Positions 1 to 13,429 of a stretch of 64,000 bases of DNA are shown here, in pieces. Position 1 is the stretch's first letter; each line of letters opens with the position of its first letter. Below the pieces are notes generated by a model. It did not search any database, was not told the origin of the DNA, and saw nothing but the letters and a program-made list of their open reading frames with translations. Source of the stretch: Eledone cirrhosa (Eukaryota); contig OZ024742.1 of the NCBI GenBank assembly GCA_964016885.1, forward strand, positions 344,720,001 to 344,784,000, in the 5' to 3' direction. The translations under genes were made by a program, and so were the position numbers.

Positions 1-3000
1 AACTCTGGAATGCCTTGTAATACTGTTAGTAGACTTTCAGGAAGCTAGGGAACCCTGGTATACTTGTTAATAGTGTTAGTAGACTACCAGGAAGTTAGGG
101 AACCATGGTATACTTGTTAATAGTGTTAGTAGACTTCCAGGAAGTTAGGGAACCATGGTATACTTGTTAATACTGTTAGTAGACATCCGGGATGTTAGGG
201 AACCATGGTATACTTCTTAATACTGTTAGTAGACTTCCAGGAAGGTGGGGAGCCCTGGTATACTTGTTAATACTGTTAGTAGATTTCCAGGAAGCTAGAG
301 AACCATGGTATGCTTGTTAATACTGTTAGTAGACTTCCAGGAAGTTGGGGAGCCCTGGTATACTTGTTAATACTGTTAGTAGACTTCCAGGAAGTTAAGG
401 AACCCTGGTTTACTTGTTAATACTGTTAGTAGACATCCAGGAAGCTAGAAAACCATGGTATACTTGTTAATACTGTTAGTAGTCTTCGAGGAACTTAGGG
501 AACCCTGATATAATTGTTAATACTGTTAGTAGACTTCCAGGAAGTTGGGGAGCCCTGGTATACCTGTTAATACTGTTAGTAGACATCCAGGAAGCTAGAG
601 AACCATGGTATGCTTGTTAATACTGTTAGTAGACTTCCAGGAAGTTGGGGAGCCCTGGTATACCTGTTAATACTGTTAGTAGACATCCAGGAAGCTAGAG
701 AACCAGGGTATACTTGTTAATACTGTTAGTAGACTTCCAGGAAGGTAGGGAACCATGGTATACTTGTTAATACTGTTAGTATACTTCCAGGAAGTTAGGG
801 AACCCTGGTATACTTGTTAATACTGTTAGTAGACTTCCAGGAAGTTGGGGAACGCTCGTATACTTGTTAATATTGTTAGTAGACTTCCAGCAAGTTAGGG
901 AACCCTGGTATACTAGTTAATACTCTTAGTAGACTTCCATGAAGTTGGGGAAATATGGTATACTTGTTAATACTATTAGTAGACTTCAAGGAAGTTGGGG
1001 AACCCTGGTATACTTGTTTAATACTGTTAGTAGAATTCCGGGAAGTTAGGGAACCCTGGTATACTTGTTAATATTGTTAGTAGACTTCCAGGAAGCTCGG
1101 GAAGCCTGGTATACTTGTTAATACTGTTAGTAGACTTCCAGTAAGTTAGGGAACCCTGGTATACTTGTTAATATTGTTAGTACATTTCCAGGAAGTTAGG
1201 GAACCATGGTATACTTCTTAATAATGTTAGTAGACTTTCAGGAAGCTAGGGAACCCTAGTATACTTGTTAATACTGTTAGTAGACTTCCAGGAAGTTAGG
1301 GAACCCTTGTATACTTGTTAATACTGTTAGTAGACTTCCAGGAAGCTAGAAAACCATGGTATTCTTGTTAATACTGTTAGTAGACTTCGAGGAACTTAGG
1401 GAACCCTGATATAATTGTTAATACTGTTAGTAGACTTCCAGGAAGTTGGGGAGCCCTGGTATACCTGTTAATACTGTTAGTAGACTTCCAGGAAGCTAGA
1501 GAACCATGGTATACTTGTTAATACTGTTAGTTGACTTCTAGGAAGTTGGGGATCCCTGGTATACTTGTTAATACTGATAGTAGACTTTCAGGAAGGCAGG
1601 GAACCATGGTAAACTTGTTAATACTGTTAGTAGATTTCCAGGAAGTTAGGGAACCATGGTATACTTGTTAATACTGTTAGTAGACTTTGAGGAAGCTAGG
1701 CAACCCTGGTATACTTGTTAATACCGTTTGTAGACTTCCAGGAAGTTAGGGAACCCTGGTATACTTGTTGATACTGTTAGTAGACTTTCATGAAGCTAGG
1801 GAACCCTGGTATACTTGTTAATACTGTTAGTAGACTTCCAGGAAGTTGGGGAACCCTCGTATACATGTTAATATTGTTAGTAGACTTCCAGCAAGTTAGG
1901 GAACCCTGGTATACTAGTTAATACTCTTAGTAGACTTCCATGAAGTTGGGGAAATATGGTATACTTGTTAATACTATTAGTAGACTTCAAGGAAGTTGGG
2001 GAACCCTGGTATACTCGTTAATACTGTTAGTAGAATTCCGGGAAGTTAGGGAACCCTGGTATACTTGTTAATATTGTTAGTAGACTTCCAGGAAGCTCGG
2101 GAAGCCTGGTATACTTATTAATACTGTTAGTAGATTTCCAGGAAGTTAGGTAACCCTGGTATACTTGTTAACACTGTTAGTAGACTTTCATGAAGCTAGG
2201 GAACCCTGGTAGACTTGTTCATACCGTTAGTAGACTTCCGGGAAGTTAGGGAACCCTGGTATACTTGTTGATACTGTTAATAGACTTCATGGAAGTTAGG
2301 GAACCCTGGTATACTAGTTAATACTATTAGTAGACTTTCATGAAGCTAGGGAACCCTGGTATACTTTTTAATACTGCTAGTAGATTTCCAGGAAGTTAGG
2401 GAACAATGGTATACTTGTTAATAATGTTAGTAGACTTTCAGGAAGGTAGGGAACCATGGTAAACTTGTTAATACTGTTAGTAGATTTCCAGGAAGTTAGG
2501 GAACCATGGTATACTTGTTAATAGTGTTAGTAGACTTTGAGGAAGCTAGGCAACCCTGGTATACTTGTTAATACCGTTAGTAGACTTTCAGGAAGCTAGG
2601 GAACCCTGGTGTACTTGTTAATACCGTTAGTAGACTTCCAGGAAGTTAGGGAACCCTGGTATACTTGTTGATACTGTTGGTAGACTTTCATGAAGCTAGG
2701 GAACCCTGGTATACTTGTTAATACTGTTAGTAGACTTCCAGGAAGTTGGGGAACCCTCGTATACTTGTTAATATTGTTAGTAGACTTCCAGCAAGTTAGG
2801 GAACCCTGGTATACTAGTTAATACTCTTAGTAGACTTCCATGAAGTTGGGGAAATATGGTATACTTGTTAATACTATTAGTAGACTTCAAGGAAGTTGGG
2901 GAACCCTGGTATACTCGTTAATACTGTTAGTAGAATTCCGGGAAGTTAGGGAACCCTGGTATACTTGTTAATATTGTTAGTAGTCTTCCAGGAAGCTCGG

Positions 3001-5750
3001 GAAGCCTGGTATACTTATTAATACTGTTAGTAGATTTCCAGGAAGTTAGGGAACCCTGGTATACATGTTAACACTGTTAGTAGACTTTCATGAAGCTAGG
3101 GAACCCTGGTATACTTGTTAATACCGTTAGTAGACTTCCGGGAAGATAGGGAACCCTGGTATACTTGTTGATACTGTTAATAGACTTCATGGAAGTTAGG
3201 GAACCCTGGTATACTAGTTAATACTATTAGTAGACTTTCATGAAGCTAGGGAACCCTGGTATACTTTTTAATACTGCTAGTAGATTTCCAGGAAGTTAGG
3301 GAACAATGGTATACTTGTTAATAATGTTAGTAGACTTTCAGAAAGCTAGGGAACCCTGGTATACTTGTTCATACTGTTAGTAGACTTCCAGGAAGCGAGG
3401 AAACCCTGGCAAACTTGTTAATACTGTTAGTAGATTTCCAGGATGTTAGGGAACACTGGTATACATGTTAATATTGTTAGTAGACTTCCAGGAAGGTAGG
3501 GAACCTTGGTATACTTGTTAATATTGTTAGTATACTTCCAGGAAGTTAGGGAACCCTGATATAATTGTTAATACTGTTAGTAGACTTCCAGGAAGTTGGG
3601 GAGCCCTGGTATACCTGTTAATACTGTTAGTAGACTTCCAGGAAGCTAGAGAACCATGGTATACATGTTAATACTGTTAGTTGACTTCTAGGAAGGTAGG
3701 GAACCCTGGTATACTTGTTAATACTGTTAGTAGACTTTCAGGAAGGTAGGGAACCATGGTAAACTTGTTAATACTGTTAGTACATTTCCAGGATGTTAGG
3801 AAACCATGGTATACTTGTTAATACTGTTAGTAGACTTTGAGGAAGCTAGGCAACCCTGGTATACTTGTTAATACCGTTAGTAGACTTTCAGGAAGTTAGG
3901 GAACCCTGGTATACTTGTTGATACTGTTAGTAGACTTTCATGAAGCTAGGGAACCCTGGTATACTTGTTAATACTGTTAGTAGACTTCCAGGAAGTTGGG
4001 GAACCCTCGTATACTTGTTAATATTGTTAGTAGACTTCCAGCAAGTTAGGGAACCCTGGTATACTCGTTAATACTGTTAGTAGAATTCCGGGAAGTTAGG
4101 GAACCCTGGTATACTTGTTAATATTGTTAGTAGACTTCCAGGAAGCTCGGGAAGCCTGGTATACATATTAATACTGTTAGTAGATTTCCAGGAAGTTAGG
4201 GAGCCCTGGTATACTTGTTAATACTATTTGTAGACTTTCAGGAAGGTAAGGAACCATGGTATACTTGTTAATACTGTTAGTACACTTTCAGGAAGCTAGG
4301 GAACCCTGGTATACTTGTTAATACCGTTAGTAAACTTCCGGGAATTTAGGGAACCCTGGTATACTTTTTGATACTGTTAGTAGACTTCCAAGAAGTTAGG
4401 GAACCCTGGTATACTTGTTAATACTGTTAGTAGACTTCCAAGAAGCTAGGGAACTCTGGAATACCTTGTAATACTGTTAGTAGACTTTTAGGAAGCTAGG
4501 GAACCCTGGTATACTTGTTAATAGTGTTAGTAGACTTCCAGGAAGTTAGGGAACCATGGTATACTTGTTAATAGTGTTAGTAAACTTCCAGGAAGTTAGG
4601 GAACCATGGTATACATGTTAATACTGTTAGTAGACATCCGGGATGTTAGGGAACCCTGGTATACTTCTTAATACTGTTAGTAGACTTCCAGGAAGTTGGG
4701 GAGCCCTGGTATACTTGTTAATACTGTTAGTAGATTTCCAGGAAGCTAGAGAACCATGGTATACTTGTTAATACTGTTAGTAGACTTCCAGGAAGTTGGG
4801 GAGCCCTGGTATACTTGTTAATACTGTTAGTAGACTTCCAGGAAGTTAGGGAACCCTGGTATACTTGTTAATACTGTTAGTAGACTTCCAGGAAGCTAGA
4901 AAACCATGGTATACTTGTTAATAATGTTAGTAGACTTCGAGGAACTTAGGGAACACTGATATAAATGTTAATACCGTTAGTAGACTTCCAGGAAGTTGGA
5001 GAGCCCTGGTATACCTGTTAATACTGTTAGTAGACTTCCAGGAAGCTAGAGAACCATGGTATACTTGTTAATACTGTTAGAAGAATTCTAGGAAGTTGGG
5101 GAGCCCTGTTATATTTTTAATACTGCTAGTAGATTTCCAGGAAGTTAGGGAACACTGGTATACTTGTTAATATTGTTAGTAGACTTCCAGGAAGGTAGGG
5201 AACCATGGTATACTTGTTAATACTGTTAGTATACTTCCAGGAAGTTAGGGAACCCTGGTATACTGGTTAATACTGTTAGTAGACTTCCAGGAAGTTGGGG
5301 AACGCTCGTATACTTGTTAATATTGTTAGTAGTCTTCCAGCAAGTTAGGGAACCCTGGTATACTAGTTAATACTTTTAGTAGACTTCCATGCAGTTGGGG
5401 AAATATGGTATACTTGTTAATACTATTAGTAGACTTCAAGGAAGTTGGGCAACCCTGGTATACTTGTTAATACTGTTAGTAGAATTCCGGGAAGTTAGTG
5501 AACCCTGGTATACTTGTTAATATTGTTAGTAGACTTCCAGGAAGCTCGGGAAGCCTGGTATACTTGTTAATACTGTTAGTAGACTTTCAGTAAGTTAGGG
5601 AACCCTGGTATACTTGTTAATATTGTTAGTACATTTCCAGGAAGTTAGGGAACCATGGTATACTTGTTAATAATGTTAGTAGACTTTCAGGAAGCTAGGG
5701 AACCCTAGTATACTTGTTAATACTCTTAGTAGACTTCCAGGCAGTTAGGG
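1..5750 (+). repeat. Older diverged duplication with ~4,450-bp offset (about 89 monomers) in a distinct monomer subfamily
   Basis: AACTCTGGAAT(G/A)CCTTGTAA at 1/4452, AACGCTCGTA at 851/5301, AAATATGGTA at 951/5401. The copies differ by several substitutions. Confidence 0.75.
1600..3350 (+). repeat. Local duplication with ~900-bp (18-monomer) period
   Basis: GAAATATGGT at 1951/2851, GAACCCTCGT at 1851/2751, GAACAATGGT at 2401/3301, GGAAGCTCGG at 2091/2991. Confidence 0.85.
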
Positions 5751-8700
5751 AACAATGGTATACTTGTTAATACTGTTAGTAGATTTCCAGGAAGTTAAGG
5801 AACCATGGTATACCTGTTAATACTGTTAGTAGACTTTCAGGAAGTCAGGGAACCCTGGTATACTTGTTAATACTGTTAGTAGACTTTCATGAAGCTAGGG
5901 AACCCTGGTATACTTGTTAAAACTGGTAGTAGACTTCCAGTAAGTTAGGGAACCATGGTATACTTGTTAATACTGTTAGTAGACTTCCAGGAAGTTAGGG
6001 AACCATGGCATACTTGTTAAACTGTTAGTAGACTTCCAGGAAGATAGGGAATCCTGGTATTCTTGTTAATACTGTTAGTAGATTTCCAGGAAGTTAGGGA
6101 ACCCTGGTATACTTGTTAATACTGTTAGTAGACTTCCAGGAAGTTAGGAAACCCTGGTATACTTGTTAATACTGTTAGTAGATTTCCAGGAAGTTAGGGA
6201 ACCGTGGTATACTTGTTAATACAGTTAATAGACTTCCAGGAAGTTGAGGAACCCTGGTATACTTGTTAATACTGTTAGTAGACTTCCGGGAAGTTAGGGA
6301 ACCCTGGTATACTTGTTAATAATCTTAGTAGTCTTCCAGGAAGTAAGGGAACCCTGGTATACTTGTTAATACTGTTAGTAGACTTTCAGGAAGTTAGTGA
6401 GCCCTGGTATACATGTAAATACTGTTAGTAGACTTCCAGGAAGTTAGGGAACCCTGGTATACTTCTCAATACTGTTAGTAGACTTTCAGGAAGCTAGGGA
6501 ACCCTGGTATACTTCTTAATACTGTTAGTAGACTTCCAGGAAGCTGGGGAACCCTGGTATACTTGTTAATACTGTTAGTAGACTTCCAGGAAGGTAGGGA
6601 ACCCTGGTATACTTGTTAATACTGTTAGTGGACTTCCAGGATAGGGAACCATGGTATACTTGTTAATTCTGTTAGTAGACTTTCAGGAAGGTAGGGAACC
6701 ATGGTATATTTGTTAATACTGTCAGTAAACTTCCTGGAAGCTAGGGAACCCTGGTATACTTGTTAATACTGTTAGTAGACTTCCAGGAATGTAGGGAACA
6801 CTGGTATACTTGTTAATACTGTTAGTAGACTTCCAGGAAGTTAGGGAACCATGGTATACTTTTTAATACTGTTAGTAGATTTCCAGGAAGTTAGGGAACC
6901 ATGGTATACTAGTTAATACTGTTAGTAGACTTCCAGGAATCTAGGGAACCCTGGTATACTTGTTAATACTGTTAGTAGATTTCCAGGAAGTTAGGGAACC
7001 ATGGTATACTTGTTAATACTGTTAGTAGACTTTCAGGACGCTAGGGAACCATGGCATACTTGTTAAACTGTTAGTAGACTTCCAGGAAGATAGGGAATCC
7101 TGGTATTCTTGTTAATACTGTTGGTAGATTTCCAGGAAGTTAGGGAATCCTGGAATACTTGTTAATACTTTTAGTAGACTTTCAGGAATCTAGGGAACCC
7201 GGGTATACTTGTTAATACTGTTAGTAGACTTCCAGGAAGTTAGGGAACCCTGGTATACTTATTAATACTGTTAGTAGATTTCCAGGAAGTTAGGGAACCG
7301 TGGTATACATGTTAATACAGTTAATAGACTTCCAGGAAGTTGAGGAACCCTGGTTTACTTGTTAATACTGTTAGTAGACTTCCGGGAAGTTAGGGAACCC
7401 TGGTATACTTGTTAATACTGTTAGTCGTCTTCCAGGAAGTTAGGGAACCCTGGTATACATGTTAATACTGTTAGTAGATCTCCAGGAAGTTGGGGAGCCC
7501 TGGTATACTTGTTAATACTGTTACTAGACTTTCAGGAAGGTAGGGAACCCTGGTATACTTGTTAATACTGTTAGTAGACTTTCAGGAAGTGAGCGAGCCC
7601 TGGTATACATGTTAATACTGTTAGTAGACTTCCAGGAAGTTAGGGAACCCTGGTATACTTGTTAATACTGTTAGTAGACTTTCACGAAGCTAGGGAACCC
7701 TGGTATACTTGTTAATACTGTTAGTAGACTTCCAGGAAGCTGGGGAACCCTGGTATACTTGTTAATACTGTTAGTAGACTTCCAGGAAGGTAGGGAACCC
7801 TGGTATACTTGTTAATACTGTTAGTAGACTTCCAGGAAGGTAGGGAACCATGGCATACTTGTTAATATTGTTAGTAGACTTCCAGGAAGTTGGGGAACCA
7901 TGGTAAACTTGTTAATACTGTTAGTAGACTTCCAGGAAGTTGGGGAACCCTGGTATACTTGTTAATACTGTTAGTAGACTTCCGCGAAGTTAGGGAGCCC
8001 TGGTATACTTGTTAATATTGTTAGTAGAATTCCAGGAAGTTAGGGAACCCTGGTATACTTGTTAATACTGTTAGTAGACTTCCAGGAAGTTAGGGAACCC
8101 TGGTATACGTGTTAATACTGTTAGTAGATTTCCAGGAAGTTAGGGAACAATGGTATACTTATTAATAATGTTAGTAGACTTTCAGGAAGCTAGGGAACCC
8201 TGGTATACTTGTTAATACTGTTAGTAGACTTTCAGGAAGCTAGGGAACCCTGGTATACTTGTTAATACTGTTATTAGACTTTCAGGAAGGTAGGGAACCA
8301 TGGTTTACTTGTCAATACCGTTAGCAGACTTCCGGGAAGTTAGGGAACCCTGGTATACTTGTTGATACTGTTAGTAGACTTCCAGGAAGTTAGGGAACCC
8401 TGGTATACTTGTTAATACTGTTAGTAGACTTTCAGGAAGCTAGGGAACCCTGGTATACTTGTTAATACTGTTAGTACACTTCCAGGAAGTTAGGGAACCA
8501 TGGTATACTTGTTAATACTGTTAGTAGACTTCCAGGAAGCTAGGGAACCCTGGTGTACTTGTTAATACTGTTAGTAGACTTCCAGGAAGTTAGGGAACCA
8601 TGGTATACTTTTTAATACTGTTAGTAGGTTTCCAGGAAGTTAGGGAACCATGGTATACTAGTTAATACTGTTAGTAGACTTCCAGGAATCTAGCGAACCC

Positions 8701-11700
8701 TGGTATACTTGTTAATACTGTTAGTAGATTTCCAGGAAGTTAGGGAACCATGGCATACTTGTTAAACTGTTAGTAGACTTCCAGGAAGATAGGGAATCCT
8801 GGTATTCTTGTTAATACTGTTAGTAGATTTCCAGGAAGTTAGGGAACCATGGTATACTTGTTAATACTGTTAGTAGACTTCCAGGAAGTTAGGGAATCCT
8901 GGTATACTTGTTAATACTTTTAGTAGACTTTCAGGAAGCTAGGGAACCCGGGTATACTTGTTAATACTGTTAGTAGACTTCCAGGAAGTTAGGGAACCCT
9001 GGTATACTTGTTAATACTGTTAGTAGATTTCCAGGAAGTTAGGGAACCGTGGTATACTTGTTAATACAGTTAATAGACTTCCAGGAAGTTGAGGAACCCT
9101 GGTATACTTGTTAATACTGTTAGTAGACTTCCGGGAAGTTAGGGAACCCTGGTATACTTGTTAATAATCTTAGTAGTCTTCCAGGAAGTAAGGGAACCCT
9201 GGTATACATGTTAATACTGTTAGTAGATCTCCAGGAAGTTGGGGAGCCCTGGTATACTTGTTAATACTGTTACTAGACTTTCAGGAAGTTAGTGAGCCCT
9301 GGTATACATGTTAATACTGTTAGTAGACTTCCAGGAAGTTAGGGAACCCTGGTATACTTCTCAATATTGTTAGTAGATTTTCAGGAAGCTAGGGAACCCT
9401 GGTATACTTCTTAATACCGTTAGTAGACTTCCAGGAAGCTGGGGAACCCTGGTATACTTGTTAATACTGTTAGTAGACTTCCAGGAAGGTAGGGAACCCT
9501 GGTATACTTGTTAATACTGTTAGTGGACTTCCAGGAAGGTAGGGAACCATGGTATACTTGTTAATACTGTTAGTAGACTTCCAGGAAGTTGGGGAACCAT
9601 GGTAAACTTGTTAATACTGTTAGTAGACTTCCAGGAAGTTGGGGAACCCTGGTATACTTGTTAATACTGTTAGTAGACTTACGTAAAGTTAGGGAGCCCT
9701 GGTATACTTGTTAATATTGTTAGTAGAATTCCAGGAAGTTAGGGAACCCTGGTATACTTGTTAATACTGTTAGTAAACTTCCAGGAAGTTAGGGAACCCT
9801 GGTATACGTGTTAATACTGTTAGTAGATTTCCAGGAAGTTAGGAAACCCTGGTATACTTATTAATAATGTTAGTAGACTTTCAGGAAGCTAGGGAACCCT
9901 GGTATACTTGTTAATACTGTTAGTAGACTTTCAGGAAGCTAGGGAACCCTGGTATACTTGTTAATACTGTTAGTAGACTTTCAGGAAGGTAGGGAACCAT
10001 GGTATACTTGTCAATACCGTTAGCAGACTTCCGGGAAGTTAGGGAACCCTGGTATACTTGTTGATACTGTTAGTAGACTTCCAGCAAGTTAGGGAACCCT
10101 GGTATACTTGTTAATACTGTTAGTAGACTTTCAGGAAGCTAGGGAACCCTGGTATACTTGTTAATACTGTTAGTACACTTCCAGGAAGTTAGGGAACCAT
10201 GGTATACTTGTTAATAATGTTAGTAGATTTCCAGGAAGTTAGGGAACTATGGTATACTTGTTAATACTGTTAGTAAACTTCCAGGAATTTGGGGAACCCT
10301 GGTATACATGTTAATACTGTTAGTAGACTTCCGGGAAGTTAGGGAGCCCTGGTATTCTTGTTAATATTGTTAGTAGACTTCCAGGAAGCTAGGGAACCCT
10401 GGTATACTTGTTAATACTGTTAGTAGACTTCCAGGAAGCTAGGGAACCCTGGTATACTTGTTAATACTGTTAGTAGACTTTCAGGAAGTTAGGGAGCCCT
10501 GGTATACTTGTTAATGCTGTTAGTAGACTTTCAGGAAGGTAGGGAACCCTGGTATACTTGTTAATAGTGTTAGTAGACTTTCAGGAAGCTAGGGAACCCT
10601 GGTATACTTGTTAATACTGTTAGTAGACTTTCAGGAAGTTAGGGAACCCTGGTATACTTGTTAATATTGTTAGTATACTTCCAGGAAGGTAGGGAACCCT
10701 GGTATACATGTTAATACTGTTAGTTGACTTCCAGGAAGTTAGGGAACCCTGGTATACTTGTTAATACTCTTAGTAGACTTCCAGGAAGTTAGGGATCCAT
10801 TGTATACTTGTCAATACCGTTAGCAGACTTCCGGGAAGTTAGGCAACCCTGGTATACTTGTTGATACTGTTAGTAGACTTCCAGGAAGTTAGGGAACCCT
10901 GGTATACTTGTTAATACTGTTAGTAGACTTTCAGGAAGCTAGGGAACCCTGGTATACTTGTTAATACTGTTTGTAGACTTCCAGGAAGTTAGGGAACCAT
11001 GGTATACTTGTTAATACTGTTAGTAGATTTCCCGGAAGTTATTAAACCATGGTTTTCTTGTTAATACTGTTAGTAGATTTCCAGGAAGTTAGGGAACTAT
11101 GGTATACTTGTTAATACTGTTAGTAGTCTTCGAGGAAGTTAGGGAACCCTGATATACTTGTTAATACTGTTAGTAGATTTCCAGGAAGTTACGGTAAGCC
11201 TGGTATACTTGTTAATACTGTTAGTAGATTTCCAGGAAGTTACGGAACCCTGGTATACTTGTTAATTCTGTTAGTAGACATGCAGGAAGGTAGGGAACCA
11301 TGGTATACTTGTTAATACTGTTAGTGACTTCCAGGAAGCTAGGGAACCCTGGTATACTTGTTAATACTGTTAGTAGACTTCCAGGAAGTTAGGGAACCCT
11401 GGTATACTTGTTAATACTGTTAGTAGACTTCCAGGAAGTTAGGGAACCCTGGTATACTTGTTAATATTGTTAGTAGACTTCCAGGAATCTAGGGAACCCT
11501 GGTATACTTGTTAATACTGTTAGTAGATTTCCAGGAAGTTAGGGAACCCTGGTATACTTGTTAATACTGTTAGTAGACTTCCAGGAGTCTAGGGAACCCT
11601 GGTATACTTGTTAATACTGTTAGTAGACTTTCAGGAAGTTAGGGAGCACTGGTATACTTGTTAATACTGTTAGTAGACTTTCAGGAAGGTAGGGAACCAT

Positions 11701-13429
11701 GGTATACTTGTTAATAGTGTTAGTAGACTTTCAGGAAGCTAGGGAACCCTGGTATACTTTTTAATACTGTTAGTAGACTTTCAGGAAGATAGGGAGCCCT
11801 GGTATACATGTTAATACTGTTAGTAGACCTCCAGGAAGTTAGGGAACCATGGTATACTTATTAATACTGTTAGTAGATTTCCAGGAAGTTAGGGAACTAT
11901 GGTATACTTGTCAATACCGTTAGCAGACTTCCGGGAAGTTAGGGAACCCTGGTATACATGTTGATACTGTTAGTAGACTTCCAGGAAGTTAGGGAACCCT
12001 GGTATACTTGTTATTACTGTTAGTAGACTTTCAGGAAGCTAGGGAACCCTGGTATACTTGTTAATACTGTTAGTACACCTCCAGGAAGTTAGGGAACCAT
12101 GGTATACTTATTAATACTGTTAGTAGATTTCCAGGAAGTTAGGGAACTATGGTATACTTGTTAATAATATTAGTAGACTTCCAGGAAGTTGGGGAACCCT
12201 GGTATACTTGTTAATACTGTTAGTAGACTTCCGGGAAGTTAGGGAGCCCTGGTATACTTGTTAATATTATTAGTAGACTTCTAGGACCTAGGGAACCCTG
12301 GTATACATGTTAATAGTGTTAGTAGACTTCCAGGAAGTTAGGGAACCATGGTATACTTGTTAATATTGTTAGTAGACCTTCAGGAAGCTAGGGAACCCTG
12401 GTATACATGTTAATACTGTTAGTAGACTTTCAGGAAGTTAGGGAGCACTGGTATACTTGTTAATACTGTTAGTAGACTTTTAGGAAGGTAGGGAACCATG
12501 GTATACTTGTTAATAGTGTTAGTAGACTTTCAGGAAGCTAGGGAACTCTGGTATACTTGTTAATACTGTTAGTAGACTTTCAGGAAGTTAGGGAACCCTG
12601 GTATATTTGTTAATACTGTTAGTAGACTTCCAGGAAGGTAGGGAACCCTGGTATACTTGTTAATACTGTTAGTTGACTTCCAGGAAGTTAGGGAACCCTG
12701 GTATACTTGTTAATACTCTTAGTAGACTTCCAGGAAGTTAGGGAACCATTGTATACTTGTCAATACCGTTAGTAGACTTCCAGGAAGTTAGGGAACCATG
12801 GTATACTTGTTAATACTGTTAGTAGATTTCCAGGAAGTTAGGAAACCATGGTTTTCTTGTTAATACTGTTAGTAGATTTCCAGGAAGTTAGGGAACTATG
12901 GTATACTTGTTAATACTGTTAGTAGACTTCGAGGAAGTTAGGGAACCCTGGTATACTTGTTAATTCTGTTAGTAGACTTTCAGGAAGGTAGGGAACCCTG
13001 GTATACTTGTTAATACTGTTAATAGACTTCCGGAAAGTTAGGGAGCCCTGGTATACTTGTTAATATTTTTAGTAGACTTCCAGGAAGCTAGGGAACCCTG
13101 GTATACTTGTTAATACTGTTAGTAGACTTCCAGGAAGCTAGGGAACCCTGGTATACTTGTTAATACTGTTAGTAGACTTTCAGGAAGTTAGGGAGCCCTG
13201 GTATACATGCTAATACTGTTAGTAGACTTTCAGGAAGGTAGGGAACCATGGTATACTTGTCAATAGAGTTAGTAGACTTTCAGGAAGCTAGGGAACCCTG
13301 GTATACATGTTAATACTGTTAGTAGACTTTCAGGAAGTTAGGGAACCCTGGTATACTTGTTAATAATGTTAGTAGACTTCCAGGAAGGTAGGGAACCCTG
13401 GTATACTTGTTAATACTGTTAGTTGACTT

